A stretch of 64,000 bases of DNA from Oscillospiraceae bacterium (GTDB lineage Bacteria; Bacillota; Clostridia; Oscillospirales; Oscillospiraceae), in assembly GCA_016292255.1 (NCBI GenBank), contig JAEEZZ010000139.1, forward strand, positions 171-64,170, written 5' to 3'. The position numbers were made by a program, and so were the translations under genes. Numbering within the stretch: position 1 is the stretch's first letter; each line of letters begins with the position of its first letter. The notes under the pieces are model-generated. The model did no database searches. It saw only the letters and a program-made list of their open reading frames with translations, and was not told the origin of the DNA. Positions 45,654 through 54,112 of this stretch are shown here, in pieces.

Positions 45654-48600
45654 GCCGCCCTCGGTGTAGGAGTAGAGCGCCTTGAGGGTGATGTTGGCGG
45701 TGGGCTTGTAGGAGCCGGTCAGAACGGTGGGCAGGGTGGTGGCGTTGTTGACCGTGGTGCTGACCCAGCCCAGGAAGGTGTAACCCGCGGGAGCCGCGGC
45801 GGTGGGCAGGGTGACGGAGTTGCCGGAAGCCACAGTCTGGCTGGCGGGAGCGGTCACGCCCTCGGGCACGGAGAAGCTCACCGTGTAGTAGGTGGTAGCG
45901 CCGGTGGCGGGCAGGGTGGTGTGCTCGCGGCTCAGCTCGGCGTTGCAGCGGGTGCAGTAGACCACGGTGTCGTAGCCGCCGTCGGTGGTGGCAGTGGGAG
46001 CAACGTAGTTCTCCTGGACGGAGGCGCCGGGGTTGTGGCCAAGAGCGGCCACGGTCTTGTGGCTGCGGCTCATTTCCTCACCGCAGGTGGCGCAGTAGAC
46101 GACCTCGTCATAGCTGCCGGCAGCGGTGCAGGTGGGGGCGACCACGTTCTCCTGAACGGCGGCCGCGGCGGTGTGGGTGTGGGTCTGGGCGCTGGGGTTG
46201 GTGTTGTAGTAGACGGTGGAGGCGGTGGTCTGCTTCCACAGCTGGGTCTTGTTGGTGGTGTAGCCGGTGTTGACCACGAAGTACTTGTTGGAGCCGACGA
46301 CCAGGTAGGTGTACTGGGTGCTGCCCACGTTGGAGATCTTCATGCAGATGTTATAGGTATCATACTCGATATTCCAGTCGGAGTAGCTGGACTGATAGCT
46401 CTGCATGTTGTGCAGGTAGGTGCTCTGGGTGCCGATCCAGTAGTTGGTGGGGCTCTTGATGGTGTAGGTGGAGCCGTTCTTCGCGATGGTGAACACGTAG
46501 TTGGCGGGGACGTTCTTCAGAACGGTGCCGTCCAGGGTCATGCCGGTGCTGGCGTAGGCCACGGAGGCGCCGCAGGTCGAATTCTCCAGACGCTGGTCGG
46601 AGCTGACGCCCTTGAAGGCGATCAGGCTCGTGTCCTTGCCGCTGGTGATCACGTACTTGCCGGTCCAATCGGTGATGGGCTCGGCCACGATCTCGTAGAT
46701 GATCTCGCTGCTGCCCTCGGTGCGGGTGTACAGGGCGTAGAGGGTGGCGTTGGCGGTGACGGTGTACTCCGCGCCGGGCGCGTAGTAGCTGGGCTTGGTG
46801 GTGGTCTCAGCGACCTGGGAGGCAGCCCAACCCACGAAGCTGTAGCCGTTGACGGCGGTGGCAGTGGTGGGCAGGGTGATGGTGTCGTTGATATAGGCGG
46901 TCTGGCTGCCGGCGGAAGCGCCGCAGGCCATGAAGTTGACGGTCAGCTGGGGCTTCACCGCAAAGATGACCTTGACGGTGCAGTCGGAGGAAGGATTGAC
47001 CGTGATGATGTTGCCGTTGATGGAAACCGTGGCGGTGCCGGAGGTCACCTGGGCGTCGGAGACATAGTAGCCTGCCTTGGGCGTGGCGGTGATCTTGTTT
47101 CCGTTGACGGAAACCGTACCGTAGGAGGTGTTGTTGGAGACGGCGGTCACAGTGTAGCTGGCGTCGTCGGTGTAAGCCTTGATGCGGAAGTCGCCGTTGT
47201 TGGGCACGTCAGTCCAGGAGCCGTTGGCTTCCTTGTAGAAGGAAGTGTTGCCGCGGTTGGCGTGGGTCCACTTGCACCAGGAGATGCTGGCGGTGGCGTC
47301 GTAGGGGATGTGGACGTACTTGCCGTCGTCGGGATCGGCGGAGGGGGTGCTCAGGGTGAAGACCACGGCAAACTTATCGCCGGCGGAGAGGGCGACGGGG
47401 TTGTTCAGCTCGATGGTGTAGTAGCCGGCGTAGGGCATCGTGCCGGTCTGGCTGGTCATCAGCGTGCCGGAGCTGGGGTTGGTGGCGCTGGTGGGGTTCT
47501 TGTAGATGCTCAGGGTGTAGGAGGTCGCCTCGTCCCAGGGAGAGATGGCGACAGCCTTCAGCGTCTCGGAGCCGTTGGCGGTGAAGATGTTGGCAACCTG
47601 GCAGTTGTTGTTCATGGACTGGTAGCTGGCCAGGTTGGTGGTGCCGTCGTACTGATAGCAGTTGGCGTAGTTGCCAACGTTGCTCATCTTGTAGAAGTAG
47701 ACGGAGTCGTTGAGAGAAGCGGAGTCCTCGTAGGAGAGGTAGAAGTAACCGCTCTTGCCCCAGGAGGTGCCCCAGGAGTTCTTGATGATCCAGGCGCCGT
47801 TGCTGCTGGGTCCGTAGGAGGACTTGAAGTTGGACTTGGAGTAGTTGTCGTCCCAGCCGACGACGGTGACGGCATGGTTGCCGTACTGGTAGTTGTTGGA
47901 GCCGTAGGCAGCGCTCTGCTTGAAGCAGTAGCCGCCGGTGCTGGAATTATAATAGGAGTCGTTGTGGTAGTAGCTGATGGTGCCCGCGCCGTACTCCATG
48001 ATGGCTTCCTTGATCGCCTGCATATTGGAGACGGGGATCCACTCAACGCTTTCTACGTGAGCAACGTCATAGTCGTAAGCATATTGAGAGTTGAGGCCGG
48101 AGGTGGAAACATTGCTGTATTTCAGCGCGGAGGTCTTCTCGGAGGCGGGGCCTTCCCAGCGCATCAGCGTGTAGGTGGCCATGGCGCCGTTGCCGCCCAT
48201 ATCCAGGTAGGAGCTGGCGCCGGAAGCGGAGAGCACAGGGCTGGAGCTGTCGCCGGAGAGCATGCCCAGCTTATCGTAAGCATTGGTGTAGTTGAACCAA
48301 GCAAGATGAGATTCAGAAAGATCCATGCTGGTGGTGGCCGCAGCGCCGGTATCGTTGTTGATGATGCCGTGCTTGATCATGTAGGCCTCGACGGAGGCCA
48401 TGGTGCCGAAGGCCCAGCAGGTGCCGTAGGGGTTCTGGTTTTTGACGGAGGTGATGTAGTTGTAGTTGCGGGAGTCATAGCTGGAAGGGAGGGTCGCACG
48501 GGTGCCGTTGGTTTCGTCCGCACCGCTTAGATAGCGTTCTGTCAGGGCGCGGCTGCCGTGGTAGATCATGGGGATGTAACCGGAAATGATCTCTGCGGGT

Positions 48601-48713
48601 TCGTTTGCTTTGCCCTGACCGATCCCGACTGCGAATGCCGCTGTCGGAAGCAGGCCAATGATCAGGAGTACGGTCAAACAGATTGCGAGTAGCTTTTTGC
48701 CGGTTCGTCTCAT
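44352..48713 (-). CDS. Giant secreted papain-like (C1A) cysteine protease with the same repeat stalk, three copies of the unknown module of about 160 aa, and a duplicated Cys-rich insert
   Basis: I used the start MRRTGKKLLAICLTVLLIIGLLPTAAFA (ATG at 48713, GAGGAG upstream). Catalytic motifs are NQNPYGTCWAFG (Cys codon 48417-48419), NHAVTVVGWDD and NSWGTSWG. The stalk is as in the neighbouring gene, and the protein ends ...YFWKQTTGGSSTTYYTT with no recognisable anchor. Confidence 0.85.
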   Translation of the reverse strand: MRRTGKKLLAICLTVLLIIGLLPTAAFAVGIGQGKANEPAEIISGYIPMIYHGSRALTERYLSGADETNGTRATLPSSYDSRNYNYITSVKNQNPYGTCWAFGTMASVEAYMIKHGIINNDTGAAATTSMDLSESHLAWFNYTNAYDKLGMLSGDSSSPVLSASGASSYLDMGGNGAMATYTLMRWEGPASEKTSALKYSNVSTSGLNSQYAYDYDVAHVESVEWIPVSNMQAIKEAIMEYGAGTISYYHNDSYYNSSTGGYCFKQSAAYGSNNYQYGNHAVTVVGWDDNYSKSNFKSSYGPSSNGAWIIKNSWGTSWGKSGYFYLSYEDSASLNDSVYFYKMSNVGNYANCYQYDGTTNLASYQSMNNNCQVANIFTANGSETLKAVAISPWDEATSYTLSIYKNPTSATNPSSGTLMTSQTGTMPYAGYYTIELNNPVALSAGDKFAVVFTLSTPSADPDDGKYVHIPYDATASISWCKWTHANRGNTSFYKEANGSWTDVPNNGDFRIKAYTDDASYTVTAVSNNTSYGTVSVNGNKITATPKAGYYVSDAQVTSGTATVSINGNIITVNPSSDCTVKVIFAVKPQLTVNFMACGASAGSQTAYINDTITLPTTATAVNGYSFVGWAASQVAETTTKPSYYAPGAEYTVTANATLYALYTRTEGSSEIIYEIVAEPITDWTGKYVITSGKDTSLIAFKGVSSDQRLENSTCGASVAYASTGMTLDGTVLKNVPANYVFTIAKNGSTYTIKSPTNYWIGTQSTYLHNMQSYQSSYSDWNIEYDTYNICMKISNVGSTQYTYLVVGSNKYFVVNTGYTTNKTQLWKQTTASTVYYNTNPSAQTHTHTAAAAVQENVVAPTCTAAGSYDEVVYCATCGEEMSRSHKTVAALGHNPGASVQENYVAPTATTDGGYDTVVYCTRCNAELSREHTTLPATGATTYYTVSFSVPEGVTAPASQTVASGNSVTLPTAAAPAGYTFLGWVSTTVNNATTLPTVLTGSYKPTANITLKALYSYTEGGASAYQLVSSTPSSWAGNYVITNGNSTSMYVLTGVTPSSNGAEIEASSNATAYASTGMSLSNNALTNVADAYVFTLDATGSYYTVKSAATGTYMGMNSSSYLAGYTSYNSSYCRWTPAVNSSGAAQLKNYANGSYPYFGFNTSSKYFWSASTNNANVLRLWKQTAGGTTYYTTEIGSAAPVTNYTVSFSVPSGITAPASQTAAANSYITLPTAAAPAGYTFLGWVTAAVNNSTTQPGNILTGSYKVTGNVTLRALYSYTSTSGEGTAYELLDSAPTDWAGNYVITYGTNTSSLYMLKGLSGNTKYESASAGGAVLYSNTGMTYADGKLTDVTDAYVFEIASTGSKYTIRNKSTGTYLGSYNSYLYSRSSYSSSYCQWSLSISSGNVTAANSASSRYPYLAFASSNYFMVSSSVPTGLYFWKQTTGGSSTTYYTT

Positions 48714-49049
48714 GGGGTAGGTCTCCTCTTTCATAAAAATTTTTGCTGTGCGTCTTCCGGACGCCAGCGTAGCAATCATAGCACTAAGATCGAAAAAAGT
48801 CCACAGATTATACATAAATTTTCGTAAAATATTCAGTATTTTTTTGTTCAATATGCCGAATATTAAAAAACGGAGCAGAGTTTTAAAAATGTTTTAACGC
48901 TATGTGTTTTTGTTGTGGAGACAAGGAAAAAATGTGTTTTTTGTGTGAAGATTTCAGAGCTGCAAAAATGAATAGAAACAGGAAGCCGCAGCTTCCGAGG
49001 ATCCAAAAAATGAATACTGTTTTTTTGCCTGCGGAGCCCCCATGGCCGC

Positions 49050-49078
49050 TTGCATTTTTGCGGGCTTTCCTCTATAAT
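49050..49078 (+). promoter_or_regulatory. Sigma-A-type promoter for the MBL-fold gene
   Basis: TTGCAT (49050-49055), a 17-nt spacer, then TATAAT (49073-49078). Confidence 0.55.
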
Positions 49079-49136
49079 GGAGTGGTCAAACAGAAACACC
49101 GGCGGGAAGGCCGGCGTCAGATCGGAGGAGGATCGG

Positions 49137-49784
49137 ATGGAACGCAAAATCGACACGGAGCATTGGATCACAGTCAACAAGCACAGCAGCGTGTGCATCG
49201 CGGCGGAGGGGAAGCTGCTCTACGTGGATCCCTTTGAGCTGCCGGCGGACGCGGCGCCCGCGGACGTCATTTTTCTGACCCATTCCCATTTTGACCATTT
49301 TTCGCCCCAGGACATCGGGAAGATCTGCAAGCCGGATACCCTGTTTGTCCTGCCCGCGTCCATGGCCCGGGAGGCCGCTCAGACGACGGCAGGCCACCGG
49401 GTCGCGGCAGTCGCCCCCGGAGAGCGCGGGGAGGCCGCCGGGATCCCCTTTGAGGCGGTTCCGGCCTACAACCCCAACAAGCCCTTCCATCCCCGGGAGA
49501 ACAACTGGGTGGGCTACCTGCTGCAGGTGAACGGCCTGCGGGTCTATATCGCCGGCGACACCGACGCCACCCAGGAGGCCGCCGCAGTGCGCTGTGACAT
49601 CGCCATGCTGCCCATCGGCGGGAAATACACCATGGACGGGCCGGAGGCAGCCGCTCTGACGGATCGGATCCGGCCCCGGGTCGTCATTCCGATCCACTAC
49701 GGCTCCGTGGCGGGCAGCCCCCAGGACTTTGACCGCTTCGCAGCCAAGGTCGATCCGTCCGTCACGGTACGGCGGGTCATATAG
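49137..49784 (+). CDS. MBL-fold metallo-hydrolase
   Basis: I used the start MERKIDTEHW (ATG at 49137, GGAGGAGG upstream). The HxHxDH motif is FLTHSHFDHF, and later IAGDTD and PIHYG are present. Confidence 0.85.
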   Translation: MERKIDTEHWITVNKHSSVCIAAEGKLLYVDPFELPADAAPADVIFLTHSHFDHFSPQDIGKICKPDTLFVLPASMAREAAQTTAGHRVAAVAPGERGEAAGIPFEAVPAYNPNKPFHPRENNWVGYLLQVNGLRVYIAGDTDATQEAAAVRCDIAMLPIGGKYTMDGPEAAALTDRIRPRVVIPIHYGSVAGSPQDFDRFAAKVDPSVTVRRVI

Positions 49785-49788
49785 CAAC

Positions 49789-49830
49789 AAAAAAGGATGA
49801 CCGCGACAGGTTCGCGGTCATCCTTTTTTT
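49789..49830. terminator. Bidirectional rho-independent terminator
   Basis: AAAAAAGGATGACCGCGA-CAGGT-TCGCGGTCATCCTTTTTTT, a 14-bp perfect stem between convergent genes. Confidence 0.85.
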
Positions 49831-49837
49831 AACGGCA

Positions 49838-51472
49838 TCACACATTCAGAGGGAACTCCAGGGTGATGGAGGTCCCGCGCTCGGGGATGCTGTGGAGCGA
49901 AAGCTTCGCGTTGTGGAGCATCGCGCCGTGCTTGACGATGGAAAGCCCCAGGCCGGTGCCGCCCACGCGCTTGGAGTGGCTCTTGTCCACCCGGTAGAAA
50001 CGCTCGAAGATCTGATTCTGATCCGCGGCCGGGATGCCGATGCCGGTGTCCGCCACCGTGAGCTGCACGGCAGTCGGGAGCTTTTTCACGGTCACCGTGA
50101 CACTTCCGCCGGGACGGTTGTACTTGATGGCGTTGTCGCAGAGGTTGTAGACCATCTCATGCAGCAGCTGCCAGATGCCCATGATCTCCCCGCGCTCTCC
50201 CTCCAGGGAGAGATGCACGTCCTGCCGGGCGGCGATGGCGCTCAGACTGTCCAGCACGTCCCGGGAGACTGTGTACAGATCCACCGGCTCCTTTTCCGGC
50301 AGGCTGGCGTTTTCGTCCAGCTTGGAGAGCTTCAGAATATCCTCAATCAAGGCGATCAGACGCTGGGCCTCCCGGTGGATGTCGGAGGAGAACTCCCGCA
50401 CCTTGTCCGGCGGGACGCTGCCCTGGGCCATCAGCTCGGCAAAGCCGGAGATGGAGGTCAGGGGCGTTTTCAGCTCGTGAGAGACGTTGGCGGAGAACTC
50501 CTGCCGCAGCCGTTCCCGCTGGGTGCGTTCGGTGACGTCCATCCAGAGCAGCACCGCACCCACGATGGCGCCGCGGGATCGGACAGGGCTTGCGATCAGC
50601 TGCCAGCTGCGGCCGTTGATCTGCAGCTCCGTCTCCTTGTGGCTGCCGCTGAGGGCGGTCTCTGCGGCGGTCTTTGCCTGCTCGTCGGTGAGCTCCGCGT
50701 CGTCCTGGTCCAGATCCGGCAGCAGCTGCCTGGCGCAGGCGTTGGCGCTGAGCACCTTGCCGCTCTTGTCCATCAGCAGGAAGCCCTCGCTCATACTGTC
50801 GGTCAGAGCGGTGAATTCCTTTTGCTGCCGGTGCAGGGCCTCCATCTGCTCGTCGTTGGTCAGACGCAGCTCCTGCAGGCGGGAGACCAGGGGAGAGAGC
50901 TCCGAGTACACCGGCGTCTCCTCCGGGTGATCCAGGTTCAGCTGGTTGATGGGCTGGACAATCTGCTTCGCGGCCCGGGAGGACAGCAGACCGGCCATGG
51001 TCAGCACCAGCACGAAGACCCACAGCACAGGGGTCAGCGTCACCAGGGCTGTGTGGACTGCGCTGACGGGGGTGGACAGGCGCACCACGGAGCCGTCCTT
51101 TGCGCGCAGGGCGTAGAAGATGCTGGAGCCCGACTCTCCTTCGGATCTGCGGAGCACCTGGCCCTCTCCGTCCCGGAGGGCGGCCTGCACCTCCTCCAGA
51201 TCCTTCTGGTTGGGGAGATCTGCGTCCTGGGTGTCGTAGCGGACGTTCCCGTCCCCGTCGATCCAGGTGATACGCACGTCGGATTCCAGATTCTCGAAAT
51301 AATCGATCCCGCTTTGCTCCAGGCCGTGGGCGATCAGACGGGATTCCTGCTTCAGCGTGTCATAGGCGTCGTCCATGATCAGCCGGTATTGCAGCCCGAA
51401 GAACACGGCCGCGCAGAGCAGCAGCGCCAGCGCGCCCACGAGAAAGCAATAGTTGAATATCTTCTTTGTCAT
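49838..51472 (-). CDS. Sensor histidine kinase (PhoR-like: two TMs, extracytoplasmic loop, PAS, HisKA, HATPase_c)
   Basis: 544-aa ORF. The H-box is FSANVSHELKTPLTSI, the N-box is LCDNAIKYN, and the G-boxes are DTGIGIP and GGTGLGLSIV. It overlaps the response regulator stop by 4 nt. Confidence 0.9.
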   Translation of the reverse strand: MTKKIFNYCFLVGALALLLCAAVFFGLQYRLIMDDAYDTLKQESRLIAHGLEQSGIDYFENLESDVRITWIDGDGNVRYDTQDADLPNQKDLEEVQAALRDGEGQVLRRSEGESGSSIFYALRAKDGSVVRLSTPVSAVHTALVTLTPVLWVFVLVLTMAGLLSSRAAKQIVQPINQLNLDHPEETPVYSELSPLVSRLQELRLTNDEQMEALHRQQKEFTALTDSMSEGFLLMDKSGKVLSANACARQLLPDLDQDDAELTDEQAKTAAETALSGSHKETELQINGRSWQLIASPVRSRGAIVGAVLLWMDVTERTQRERLRQEFSANVSHELKTPLTSISGFAELMAQGSVPPDKVREFSSDIHREAQRLIALIEDILKLSKLDENASLPEKEPVDLYTVSRDVLDSLSAIAARQDVHLSLEGERGEIMGIWQLLHEMVYNLCDNAIKYNRPGGSVTVTVKKLPTAVQLTVADTGIGIPAADQNQIFERFYRVDKSHSKRVGGTGLGLSIVKHGAMLHNAKLSLHSIPERGTSITLEFPLNV

Positions 51473-52146
51473 GGCGTTTCCTCATGCAGGCGATATCCCA
51501 CGCCCCGGACGGTCTCCACCAGGCTGCCTGCGGTCCCGAGCTTGGCCCGGAGGGTACGGATGTGGACGTCCAGCGTCCGGTTCTCCCGCTCCGCCGTCTG
51601 ATCCCAGATCCGATCCATCAGGATCTCCCGGGTCAGCACCTTGCCCCGGGCCTCCAGCAGCATCCGAAGCAGCTCGTATTCCTTGAAGGTCAGGGGAACG
51701 GAGGAGCCGTCCACGCGAACCTCCCGCCGGGCGGGGAGCATCTGCAGATTCCCGATGCGGTATTCCGTCTCCCGGCTGGGCCGCTCGGCCCGGCGCAGGA
51801 CGGCCCGCACTCTGGCGGTGAGCTCCATCATGCCGAAGGGCTTTGTGATGTAGTCGTCCGCGCCCAGATCCAGCCCGTAGGCCTTGTCGTATTCCGTGTT
51901 CTTGGCGGTCAGCATCACCACGGGCAGATCGGCGGTCTGGTCATTCTTCCGGAGCTTGGAGAGGACGGAGAGCCCGTCCTCCTGGGGCAGCATGATATCC
52001 AGCACCACCAGATCCGGAATGGCGTGGCGCAGCGCGTCCCAGAATTCGGACGGCAGGGAGAAGCCCTCCGCCGTGTAGCCCTGGCTTTCCAGCGCGTAAA
52101 CGACCAGCTTGCGAATGCTGTCGTCGTCTTCCAGAATATAAATCAT
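51469..52146 (-). CDS. OmpR/PhoB-family response regulator
   Basis: 225-aa ORF. The receiver has YILEDDD...DLVVLDIMLP...LTAK, and a winged-helix C-terminus is present (LTFKEYELL...VHIRTLRAKL...VRGVGY). Confidence 0.9.
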   Translation of the reverse strand: MIYILEDDDSIRKLVVYALESQGYTAEGFSLPSEFWDALRHAIPDLVVLDIMLPQEDGLSVLSKLRKNDQTADLPVVMLTAKNTEYDKAYGLDLGADDYITKPFGMMELTARVRAVLRRAERPSRETEYRIGNLQMLPARREVRVDGSSVPLTFKEYELLRMLLEARGKVLTREILMDRIWDQTAERENRTLDVHIRTLRAKLGTAGSLVETVRGVGYRLHEETP

Positions 52147-52171
52147 CGAATCACCTCTGTTTGAGATTATT

Positions 52172-52199
52172 GTAACACATTTCTTACAGAAATGACAAC
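52172..52199. promoter_or_regulatory. Pho-box-like direct hexamer repeats at 11-bp phasing
   Basis: GTAACA (52172-52177), N5, CTTACA (52183-52188), N5, GACAAC (52194-52199). The Bacillus PhoP box is TT(A/T/C)ACA repeated with 5-nt spacers. The site lies in the divergent region between the response regulator gene and the Na/Pi cotransporter gene. Confidence 0.45.
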
Positions 52200-52292
52200 T
52201 GTTATCCGGAAAATTTTACGAAAATTTAATGCGTTTCTGGGCGCGGATTTAACCTTATTATGATATCGTTATTGCAGAGAGAGGTGGATTGA

Positions 52293-54044
52293 ATGGATAT
52301 CTCTGAGATCATTTCCCTTTTCAGCGGGATCGCGCTGTTTTTATTTGGTATGACCCTTATGGGCGATGGGCTCAAGCGCGTAGCCGGCAACCGGCTGGAG
52401 CTTGTGCTCTATCGTCTTTCCAGCACTACACTGCGCAGCGTCCTGCTGGGCACCGGCGTCACAGGCGTGATTCAGTCCTCCTGTGCCACCTCGGTGATGG
52501 TGGTCGGCTTTGTCAACGCAAACATGATGAAGCGCCGCCAGGCCATCGGCGTCATCCTGGGCGCCATTCTGGGCACCTCCGTCACCGGCTGGGTCGTCAG
52601 CCTGAGCTACCTGGAGGGCAGCGGCGATTGGCAGCAGCTGCTTTCCACCAACACGCTGACAGGCCTTGTGGCTGTGACCGGTGTCATCCTGCGGGTGTTC
52701 TCCAAGGATCAGACCAGGCATCACATCGGCGATATCCTCATGGGCTTTGCCGTGCTGATGTTCGGTATGCATACCATGAGCGGTGCTGTTTCCGGCCTGA
52801 AGGAGCAGCCCTGGTTCACAAAGGTCCTGTCCTCTCTTTCCAACCCGGTCCTGGGCATTCTGGTAGGCACCGTGTTCACCGCGATCCTCCAGTCCGCCTC
52901 TGCGGCTGTGGGTATCGTTCAGGCCCTGTCCGCCTCCGGCGCCATGGCCATGGAGACGGCGCTGCCGCTTTTGATGGGCGTTGCCATCGGCGCGTCCTTC
53001 CCGGTGCTGCTCTCTGCCCTGGGCGCGAACACCGACGGCAAGCGCACAGCGTGGATCTATCTGGTGGCCTCCACCATCGGCGTGCTGGTATGCGCGTCCA
53101 TCTTCTATCTGGCGGATACCATCTTCCGCTTTGAATTCCTGCTCAAAACCATGAACCCCTTCTCTCTGGCGCTGGTCAATTCCGTGCTGCGCCTTGTGAT
53201 GGTGCTGCTCCTGCTGCCCTTCATCGACGCGCTGGACGCGCTGGTGTGTATGATCGTGCGGGATGAAAGACCCGGCGAGGAGGATCCGGCCATGCGGCTG
53301 GAGGATCGCTTCCTGGCCCACCCGTCCCTGGCTGTGGAGCAGAGCCGTCTGACCGTCAACGATATGGCCGAGCGGGCCAGAGAGGCCATCTCCTCCGCGC
53401 TGGCGCTGACGGCGAACTTCAGCAAGGTGGGCTTTGAGGCGGTCAAGCGGATGGAAAACGACTGCGACCGCTATGAGGACGCCCTGGGAAGCTATCTGGT
53501 GAAGCTGACCGGCCGGGAAATGACCCGCCGCCAGAACGAAGACGTCTCCAAATATCTGCACACCATCTCAGATTTTGAGCGCATTTCGGATCACGCCCGG
53601 AATATCGCCGAGAGCGCCGCTGAGATCCACAATAAGAAAATGGACTTCTCCTTCGACGCCACCCGGGAGCTTGCCACCATCAGCGCTGCTGTCCGGGAGA
53701 TCGTCCGGCTGACGGTGGAGGCCTTTATCGAGAACGATCTGACGGAGGCCACCCGGGTGGAGCCCCTGGAGGAGGTCATCGACCGGCTCTGCGACGAGGC
53801 CAAGAGCCACCACGTAGAGCGCCTGCAGCACGGCCTTTGCACCATCCAGCAGGGCTTCGTGTTCAACGACCTGCTGACCGGCATGGAGCGCGTGGGCGAC
53901 CACTGCTCCAATATCGCTCTGGCGATGCTGGAGCTGGCGGAGGACGCCTTCGACACCCACGCCTCCCAGCACCGGATGACCAGCGAGCAGTCCCAGGACT
54001 TCCAGACGGCCTTCGAGGACTATTCCGCCCGCTTCGCACTTTGA
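52293..54044 (+). CDS. Na/Pi-cotransporter family protein with C-terminal PhoU-like repeats
   Basis: 583-aa ORF. LFLFGMTLMGDGLKR...GTGVTGVIQSSCATSVMVVGF is the Na_Pi_cotrans signature (duplicated). The C-terminal part is helical and PhoU-like (ERISDHARNIAE..., MERVGDHCSNIA). Confidence 0.9.
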   Translation: MDISEIISLFSGIALFLFGMTLMGDGLKRVAGNRLELVLYRLSSTTLRSVLLGTGVTGVIQSSCATSVMVVGFVNANMMKRRQAIGVILGAILGTSVTGWVVSLSYLEGSGDWQQLLSTNTLTGLVAVTGVILRVFSKDQTRHHIGDILMGFAVLMFGMHTMSGAVSGLKEQPWFTKVLSSLSNPVLGILVGTVFTAILQSASAAVGIVQALSASGAMAMETALPLLMGVAIGASFPVLLSALGANTDGKRTAWIYLVASTIGVLVCASIFYLADTIFRFEFLLKTMNPFSLALVNSVLRLVMVLLLLPFIDALDALVCMIVRDERPGEEDPAMRLEDRFLAHPSLAVEQSRLTVNDMAERAREAISSALALTANFSKVGFEAVKRMENDCDRYEDALGSYLVKLTGREMTRRQNEDVSKYLHTISDFERISDHARNIAESAAEIHNKKMDFSFDATRELATISAAVREIVRLTVEAFIENDLTEATRVEPLEEVIDRLCDEAKSHHVERLQHGLCTIQQGFVFNDLLTGMERVGDHCSNIALAMLELAEDAFDTHASQHRMTSEQSQDFQTAFEDYSARFAL

Positions 54045-54112
54045 TCCATACAGATACAGGAAACCCAGGCATCGCGGACAGCTTCCGCTTTGCCTGGGCT
54101 TTCCATTTTCGC

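Noticed and set aside
44268-48530. 1420-aa plus-strand ORF (Gly/Val/Ala-rich) overlapping the cysteine protease gene
   Set aside because: It is a low-complexity GGVAG-type translation with no signal, motifs or SD. It is the antisense shadow of a GC-rich, codon-biased minus-strand gene that has clear papain motifs and a signal peptide.
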